A stretch of 64,000 nucleotides of DNA. Source: a virus (Duplodnaviria > Caudoviricetes). The position numbers were made by a program, and so were the translations under genes. Every line of letters starts with the position of its first letter. The first letter of the stretch is position 1. The stretch covers positions 1 to 64,000 of IMG/VR virus record IMGVR_UViG_2667527664_000002; one strand, 5' to 3'. This document shows positions 57,883 through 64,000 of the stretch, one piece after another. The notes under the pieces were generated by a model. It did not search any database. It saw only the letters and a program-made list of their open reading frames with translations, and was not told where the DNA came from.

Positions 57883-58307
57883 TACTTAGCACCTACTTCC
57901 CAATGTTGTAAATATTCACTTCCAAAATCATTTTTTATCACACTTACTATAGTTCCAACTGTATAAAGACGTTCTAAATCTTTAAATTGCTTATCTCTTT
58001 CATATGAAGAAAGTTTAAAATCAACTATATCTTTTACTATAAAATCACCTTTTTTTAATGTGTAAAATTTATTAGCTTCTTTAATATCCAATTTAATAAA
58101 TTCTCCAGGAGAGATATATTTTTTATCTTCTGTATTAACTGTAAATGGTATGAAACAAGTTATTTTATCAGCGCTTAATAAACCTTTATCACCTACTGTA
58201 ACAGCTTGCTCCCCTTGCCATTCAATATCATATAAATAAGTTCGTATATACTCTGTACGCTCCGTTTCCGGATTATATATACTATTAAATAAAGTCATAT
58301 TAGCCAT
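57882..58307 (-). CDS. Head-tail joining protein
   Basis: Position; GDFIVK...HWEVGAK. Confidence 0.65.
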   Translation of the reverse strand: MANMTLFNSIYNPETERTEYIRTYLYDIEWQGEQAVTVGDKGLLSADKITCFIPFTVNTEDKKYISPGEFIKLDIKEANKFYTLKKGDFIVKDIVDFKLSSYERDKQFKDLERLYTVGTIVSVIKNDFGSEYLQHWEVGAK

Positions 58308-58309
58308 AT

Positions 58310-58651
58310 TTACACACCTCTATAAAGTAAATCATTTGGTAAATATATGCTTATTTCTTTATAAAGATTTTCTTTGAAATTCTTTACCAATTCTTCAGAG
58401 TAAGAAACACTATGTTTACCTACACTTTCACTTGATTTAAAGCTTATTTCATCATCATATTTTTTAAATTTATCTAGAGATATACATATAGCCATTTTTA
58501 TATCATCATTTAAGTTATTTTCATTGATTCTGTTAAAGGTTATAGTATCTATAAATTTTCTAGCTTTAAATTCATATAAAGAAAAGTCCTTGGAAGATAA
58601 TTTTCCTCCAAAGACTTCACTATAAAACTTATAATCTATATATTTATCCAT
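58310..58651 (-). CDS. Head-tail connector protein
   Basis: IDTITFNR, SESVGKHSVSY, LLYRGV. Confidence 0.8.
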   Translation of the reverse strand: MDKYIDYKFYSEVFGGKLSSKDFSLYEFKARKFIDTITFNRINENNLNDDIKMAICISLDKFKKYDDEISFKSSESVGKHSVSYSEELVKNFKENLYKEISIYLPNDLLYRGV

Positions 58652-58655
58652 ACTA

Positions 58656-59744
58656 CTATCCTCTAGTTATTACTCTAGCTATAGGAACTAATCTATGATC
58701 TATATATTCCTTTGTCTTTCCTTGATTATTACATAATTCCCAGTTTGCTCCCATTTCTAATTCTTCATCTGTTGGTGATAAACTAGCCATAGATGCTTTA
58801 GTAAATGATATTCCAAAAGGAGATAATACTTTTCTTTGTCTACTGTATAAAGTAGTCTCTCCACCATTTGTTTTAGGATCTCTTGCCATTTCATTAGGTA
58901 CTTTAGCTCCACAGTCTGTAAATTCAAATGCACCATCACCTAATACATAAGTAGTATACTTATTATAAGCTGGTACATAGTCTGACTGTCCTTCAGTTCC
59001 TTTAGCTTCTACATGTTCCACTGGCATATTATCGTCTATAAGAACAACTCTACCATTTAAAGTACCTAAAGTTAAATCTCTTTCTATACCTTGTCCATCA
59101 GTATACTTCATATATGATATTAATTTTAAATTCTCTAAATTAGTTGATACGGCTGAATGCATTATTGATATAGAGAACTTAGCTTTATTGTCTCCTAAAG
59201 CCTTTTGGATTGCTGTATTTAAAGTAGTTGCAGTAAATACTTGCTCTTCTTTATTTTTAGATGCTGTTATATCATAAGTATGTTCATTTACAAACTTTAA
59301 GTTTTCCTTACCTGTCATACTAAAGATACCTTTTAATATTGATAATAATGTAGCTTGATCTACATCATCCCAGTATTCAGCAACTTGATCTCCTACTTGC
59401 TCCATAAAATCTTTACCTCCAGTTATATCATAACTAAAGTCAGTTTCTACCCAAGCAGCCTGTCTGCCTACTACAACTCTACTATGACTAAAAGTTTTTA
59501 ACTTTTGTGCTTCTGCTGATGTTTTTCCATCATAGTTTTGTGCTTTTCCTCCTATTCTTCCAGTTATAGGTATAGTTGCATAGTTTCCACCTACTTGTGC
59601 ACTAAATAAATTAGCTATATCTTGTCTTTGTCTTATAGCTTTACTCTTTATAAGCTCATTTCTATTTAGGTTAGGTACGGTACCCATGTATTGGCCAAAT
59701 ACCTCACCGTTAAATATTTTTTCATCAAAACTTGGCATTGTCAT
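58656..59744 (-). CDS. Major capsid protein
   Basis: 362 aa after the scaffold; FNGEVF, MHSAV, GRVVLIDD. Confidence 0.85.
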   Translation of the reverse strand: MTMPSFDEKIFNGEVFGQYMGTVPNLNRNELIKSKAIRQRQDIANLFSAQVGGNYATIPITGRIGGKAQNYDGKTSAEAQKLKTFSHSRVVVGRQAAWVETDFSYDITGGKDFMEQVGDQVAEYWDDVDQATLLSILKGIFSMTGKENLKFVNEHTYDITASKNKEEQVFTATTLNTAIQKALGDNKAKFSISIMHSAVSTNLENLKLISYMKYTDGQGIERDLTLGTLNGRVVLIDDNMPVEHVEAKGTEGQSDYVPAYNKYTTYVLGDGAFEFTDCGAKVPNEMARDPKTNGGETTLYSRQRKVLSPFGISFTKASMASLSPTDEELEMGANWELCNNQGKTKEYIDHRLVPIARVITRG

Positions 59745-59776
59745 TCCTTCTTTCTTTTATTATTTTTTATTTATAT

Positions 59777-60385
59777 TTATTTAAAGCTAATTTCCATATT
59801 TGGATTAGCATTTTTAGCTTGCATTAACTCAGATAAACTTTGTTTACCATTTCCACTACCATTACCATTTATTTTCTTAGTGAATTGAATTTGATTACCT
59901 GGATCATTATTTTCTTCCGCCTTAAATAAAAAGCTTTTATTTTCTTTTAATCCACTTATTTGTTCATCTAAGCCTGTAACCTTTCCATCCTCAGATAAAA
60001 TAAGCTTAGATTTATCTATTAATCCAGCTACTAAATCAATATCTTGTGCTGAATCAGTTATAGCTAATTTAATAGCGTTAGTTAATTTTAAATCTTTAAG
60101 CTCTGCTTGATATTCTTCATCTTTCTTTTTATTATCATTTTGTAATTGTTCAATTTGCTGCTTTAAAGTAGCATTATCTCCAGCTGATTTCTTTAAAGTT
60201 TCTAATTGTGTATCTCTATCTTTAACATCTGTTTCAAGTTGTTTTTTAGCTTGCTTAACTTCATCAAATTTAGTCTTTTCAACATATTTAGAACTATCAA
60301 CTAAATCTATATCCTTATATTTACTTTTTATATCTTCAGATAACGTATTGTAGTTATCTCCTAATATTTCACTTAACTTTGCCAT
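59777..60385 (-). CDS. Capsid scaffolding protein (GP20 family)
   Basis: DRDTQLETLKK coiled coil; GLDEQISGLKENKSFLF. Confidence 0.85.
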   Translation of the reverse strand: MAKLSEILGDNYNTLSEDIKSKYKDIDLVDSSKYVEKTKFDEVKQAKKQLETDVKDRDTQLETLKKSAGDNATLKQQIEQLQNDNKKKDEEYQAELKDLKLTNAIKLAITDSAQDIDLVAGLIDKSKLILSEDGKVTGLDEQISGLKENKSFLFKAEENNDPGNQIQFTKKINGNGSGNGKQSLSELMQAKNANPNMEISFK

Positions 60386-60441
60386 CTATAGTCATTCCTT
60401 TCTTAATTAATTTTTTGCATAATAAAAGCACCTACTATTTT

Positions 60442-60801
60442 TTAATTAGTAAGTGCTTCTATATTATCTTTTATAAGTTGAATGTCTTTCTCTATCTGAT
60501 TTTTATCTTCTGTGTTTAAAAATAAATTATCGTATTTATTACTTTCTATGTCTTTAATCGCATTTTCAACATCTTTTAATATCTTATGTTTGTACTTATT
60601 TTCTGTTAAAAATATTCCTACTGGAATTAATGTCACAGTTTTTTCAAATTCATTTTCTTCAAATATTCCTTCTGATTCATGCATAAAATAAGCAACAGCT
60701 TGATTTATAGGTAAATTATATCTATCTTTATTCCTATTTAATGTATCTAGGGTTGCCCCTTTTATGTCTTCATATGAATCTTCTAATTGTATATAACCCA
60801 A
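60442..60801 (-). CDS. Putative immunity protein for the upstream toxin (Imm3-like, helical, acidic)
   Basis: 119 aa, 5 nt downstream of the toxin-fused minor capsid gene; not part of the core head gene set. Confidence 0.65.
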   Translation of the reverse strand: MGYIQLEDSYEDIKGATLDTLNRNKDRYNLPINQAVAYFMHESEGIFEENEFEKTVTLIPVGIFLTENKYKHKILKDVENAIKDIESNKYDNLFLNTEDKNQIEKDIQLIKDNIEALTN

Positions 60802-60806
60802 TTAAA

Positions 60807-62660
60807 TCACTTCCTTTTTCTCCAGTTAAAACCTTCTTTTCCTGAAATAATGTTTACTTTTGTATTAGGATATTTTTCTTTAAATTGTTTTAATACACCC
60901 CTACAACTTTCGCACATATCAAGTTCGGATAATATTGTTATCTCACCATCAAAATCTTTTGACACCTTAGAGTTAATGTATTCAAACATTTTTGCTTCAG
61001 TACAATACTCTCTAGGAATTTCATTTATAACTAATGTTTTAAATGCTCTATTTTCCATATGTAAAATAAAATCATCTTTATTACCTTTTATAGAGTCGTA
61101 CTCTATATCTAGAGTATCATTTACTGAACTATGTGCAAAATATTGTTTATTTTCAAATTCCATAATAGCAAAATTTCCACCAGAACTTAATTTTTTAATG
61201 TTCTTTCTATTTTTACCGGTAAAATTACTATAGTCAAATCTTGTTTTCTTAGCTGTAAAAGCCTTTTTATCTAACTCATAAATTTTTTCTGGTGATATAT
61301 ATCCATAATCTATTTTATATGAACTAACAAGTTCTAGTTTCTCCTTAAGAGAGTTAAACTCTGTATGCTTATTATACATTATATCCTTAAATTCTTCTAA
61401 TGTTTTTGGTGCTAAAGATCCTAATCCATCTTTAAATTTATTAAATTCTTGTTGATCATATTTTTTCTTAGCCCAAACAGCCTTTTGAGATATACTTTTA
61501 TTGAATTTATATACTTGAAGTCTATCCTTTTCTATAGGTATATTAGCAGCCTTACTAAATTCTCTATAATACTTTTCCTGTTGCTTAAGTTTAATACTAG
61601 TATTAGTAAACTCCTCTGTAAGTCCAGCAGCCTTATATCCTATTAATTGAGTTTTAGTTTTTCTTATATTTCTTTCAATAAGTCTTTGATGCTGACTTGC
61701 TTCATAATAAGTATATTCTGTACCATTATAAGTAAATGGCGGTGGATCTATATTCTCTAAATCTTCATCTGTATAGGCTCTTTTACTTATTCCTGGAATA
61801 AAAGGGTAGAAACTATGTCTACAGTTCCATCCTCCAAGTCCTGGACCTGTACCATAGCCTGTACTTTCTATAAAAGGAGGATATTCTTTACTTTTTCCAC
61901 TATAACAAAATACTTTACCTTGCCATAGTGCATGACTTGGTCTTGCTCCAATGTGTGCTGTAGTTTCTACAAAGTCATTTCCAGTCTCTTTCATTCCTTC
62001 TAAAGTTAACTTTTGTGACATTTGATTAGACCCAGTTAAAACAGCCCTTCTAACAGCAACATCTATTCTATTTGCAACTCCACCTTCATAATCAACACTT
62101 CTTATACCACTTTCACATAATCTATTTACAGCTTGTTTAATAGCTGTATTATAATTTGTTGATCCTGATTTAATTTGCATAACAGATAAATCCATTGCAT
62201 CATGATAGTATTTAGCTATAGGTTTATATACTACTTTTCCATTAACTTTCTGTGCAAATCCCATAGATTGAGTTAAGTTATATAGATCTCCGGAAGTTTG
62301 TTTGATAGCAGATTCTATTATATTGGCCAATGCTACATTTTCAGTTACTTTAACAGTATTTAATCCAGCAGCACTATATAATTCATTTTCTTTTGCAATA
62401 GAATATATACTAATATCATTAAAGATTTCATTTACCTTTTCTTCAGTCATATCTGATATTTCTTTAATCTTTTCTTTTATAAGATTAAGCGATATACCTA
62501 TCTCATTTGCTCTTATAGTCTCTAGTTTAGCACTATCTGTTAAATTACCAACCTTAGCAATCCTTCTAGCTATATCAGCGATTATAAAATCTTCTAACTC
62601 TTGGTATAAGTTAATAAAACTTTCAGGTATAGACTTTAATTCTTCTGGAGTTAATGCCAT
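60807..62660 (-). CDS. Minor capsid (MuF-type) protein fused to a C-terminal deaminase-like toxin domain
   Basis: HIGARPSHALWQG and GWNCRHSF minor-capsid motifs; C-terminal YFAHS...REYCTEAK...ITILSELDMCESC..V..QF...YP. Confidence 0.82.
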   Translation of the reverse strand: MALTPEELKSIPESFINLYQELEDFIIADIARRIAKVGNLTDSAKLETIRANEIGISLNLIKEKIKEISDMTEEKVNEIFNDISIYSIAKENELYSAAGLNTVKVTENVALANIIESAIKQTSGDLYNLTQSMGFAQKVNGKVVYKPIAKYYHDAMDLSVMQIKSGSTNYNTAIKQAVNRLCESGIRSVDYEGGVANRIDVAVRRAVLTGSNQMSQKLTLEGMKETGNDFVETTAHIGARPSHALWQGKVFCYSGKSKEYPPFIESTGYGTGPGLGGWNCRHSFYPFIPGISKRAYTDEDLENIDPPPFTYNGTEYTYYEASQHQRLIERNIRKTKTQLIGYKAAGLTEEFTNTSIKLKQQEKYYREFSKAANIPIEKDRLQVYKFNKSISQKAVWAKKKYDQQEFNKFKDGLGSLAPKTLEEFKDIMYNKHTEFNSLKEKLELVSSYKIDYGYISPEKIYELDKKAFTAKKTRFDYSNFTGKNRKNIKKLSSGGNFAIMEFENKQYFAHSSVNDTLDIEYDSIKGNKDDFILHMENRAFKTLVINEIPREYCTEAKMFEYINSKVSKDFDGEITILSELDMCESCRGVLKQFKEKYPNTKVNIISGKEGFNWRKRK

Positions 62661-62661
62661 A

Positions 62662-63990
62662 CTATTCCTCTAGATCATCGAAAGGAGATTTAGTCTTTAT
62701 GCTATCTTCAACATTAGGCATCATTTTTAGTGCTTCTTCTTCAGATACTCCATATTTCTTAGCTAAATATATCTCAGGTCTTAATATACCAGCTGCAACA
62801 TCATTTCGCATTGATTCTAATTCACTATCTTTATCAAGTACAAGTGAATCATCCCAATCAAAACTAACATCTTTATCTATATCTATAGGACTTACATTTA
62901 ACTTATATAAAGTTGCTAAATCATTCATACTCACTATTAAGTCTTTAAGAGCTTTTTCTAGAGATTTCTGTATATCTTTAACAGTTGAATAACTTCTTTG
63001 CCTAGATGTCTTTATCTCTGTTGCTGTCTTAGATACATCATTAATATCACTTAAAGTCCCATAAGCAAGTCCACAGTTAAACTCAACTTTTCTTAATATA
63101 TTATTAAGTCCATTAAATAAATTACTATCCCTTATATCGGGGCTAAATGTATCTAAATTTCTTTTTCCTTCTCTGTCTTCCCAAGGAAATATTCTATATA
63201 ATCTTTCTTTACCTTTTGGGAGTTCATATGTACCATCTTCTTTTCTTACAAATAAGCTTTCAGATGCATTTATAGCTATTTCTGTTGCTTCATATTCCCA
63301 TAATATCCGAGAATATTGTTTATCTGCTTCCTTTATTAAATCACTGGCTTTAGCATAACATGATACACCTAAAGGACTATTAACATCTATAGCATTAGCC
63401 TGTGGTATCTTAAAATAACTAAATAAAGGTCTTGTGATATTATTTATTGTTATCTCTTCTTGTAATTGACTCCATTCTGGAACACTTGCTAATATAGTTC
63501 TTTTCCCTAGACTATTGTCTTTTACAAGGTTACTTTTTACATATGCTATGTTCTTTATAGTGTAATTACCTTCTTTAAAATCATGATACTCTAATCTAGT
63601 ATACTTTTTATCACCAATAATTTTATACTCTAAAAAAACTGCTGCTGTAATTTCTCCTATAGCATTATATGAAATAGGTAAAAAGTTATCTTGGTGAATA
63701 AGATCTATCTCTATATTTTTTCCATTAAAATAGGGCTTAAATATTAATCCACCTTTAGCACATGCATATTCTGTATTAATCCTTAATACATCTATTAGCT
63801 CTTGATAGATTTCATTTAAACCCTCATTATTATTTATTTTACTTTTAAATTCTATAGTAGCCAGTCTTGCTAACTCATTAGCTATAGCTCCAGGAATACC
63901 TAATGGAACTACTTCATTATTAATCCAAGGGGGACTATTATTATACATATTGCTCCATAAGTTAATCGCATTGGCCATATTATCATTCAT
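62662..63990 (-). CDS. Portal protein (SPP1/A118 type); 5' end probably beyond the window
   Basis: SPLGVS, CGLAYGT, KTATEI, FDWDDS; frame stays open to the window edge. Confidence 0.88.
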   Translation of the reverse strand: MNDNMANAINLWSNMYNNSPPWINNEVVPLGIPGAIANELARLATIEFKSKINNNEGLNEIYQELIDVLRINTEYACAKGGLIFKPYFNGKNIEIDLIHQDNFLPISYNAIGEITAAVFLEYKIIGDKKYTRLEYHDFKEGNYTIKNIAYVKSNLVKDNSLGKRTILASVPEWSQLQEEITINNITRPLFSYFKIPQANAIDVNSPLGVSCYAKASDLIKEADKQYSRILWEYEATEIAINASESLFVRKEDGTYELPKGKERLYRIFPWEDREGKRNLDTFSPDIRDSNLFNGLNNILRKVEFNCGLAYGTLSDINDVSKTATEIKTSRQRSYSTVKDIQKSLEKALKDLIVSMNDLATLYKLNVSPIDIDKDVSFDWDDSLVLDKDSELESMRNDVAAGILRPEIYLAKKYGVSEEEALKMMPNVEDSIKTKSPFDDLEE

Positions 63991-64000
63991 TGCAATTTCT

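Larger units (their letters stand above)
40588..64000 (-). mobile_element. Prophage 2 (A118/SPP1-like morphogenesis genes; continues beyond the window)
   Basis: Accessory, lysis, tail, head and portal genes in order; left boundary at the truncated SBP gene. Confidence 0.9.

Noticed and set aside
4564-62992. Many plus-strand ORFs antisense to phage structural genes (e.g. 4564..4860, 8573..8977, 11703..12077, 18408..18794, 60787..61233, 62302..62673) and minus-strand ORFs inside 41453..42031
   Set aside because: Shadow frames of clearly recognisable genes; no RBS or motifs, and composition typical of antisense reading

Overview
Very AT-rich, Clostridium-like chromosome segment holding two tandem, same-orientation siphovirus prophages separated by only about 2.6 kb of host DNA. 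Prophage 1 (<1 to ~37999) has an HK97-type head, cos/HNH packaging, an ImmR/ImmA switch and a large serine recombinase; its right end abuts the orphaned 3' end of an ABC-ATPase gene. Prophage 2 (~40588 to >64000) has A118/SPP1-like head and tail genes and truncates the substrate-binding gene of apparently the same NitT/TauT (YtlA/C/D-like) ABC transporter. Main points of interest: (i) two prophages each splitting a gene of one transporter; (ii) a GNAT-PUA + P-loop kinase + 2x ASCH cassette beside the integrase; (iii) a minor capsid protein fused to a deaminase-like toxin with an adjacent immunity candidate; (iv) homologous bacteriocin-like precursor/immunity pairs in both phages; (v) an operator-controlled two-peptide + HTH micro-operon; (vi) sporulation-type promoters, structured non-coding elements and unannotated small ORFs; (vii) an in-frame TGA in the packaging HNH gene; (viii) a C-terminal VSSEH shared by the major capsid and major tail proteins. 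All family assignments are by-eye motif recognition, not database searches.
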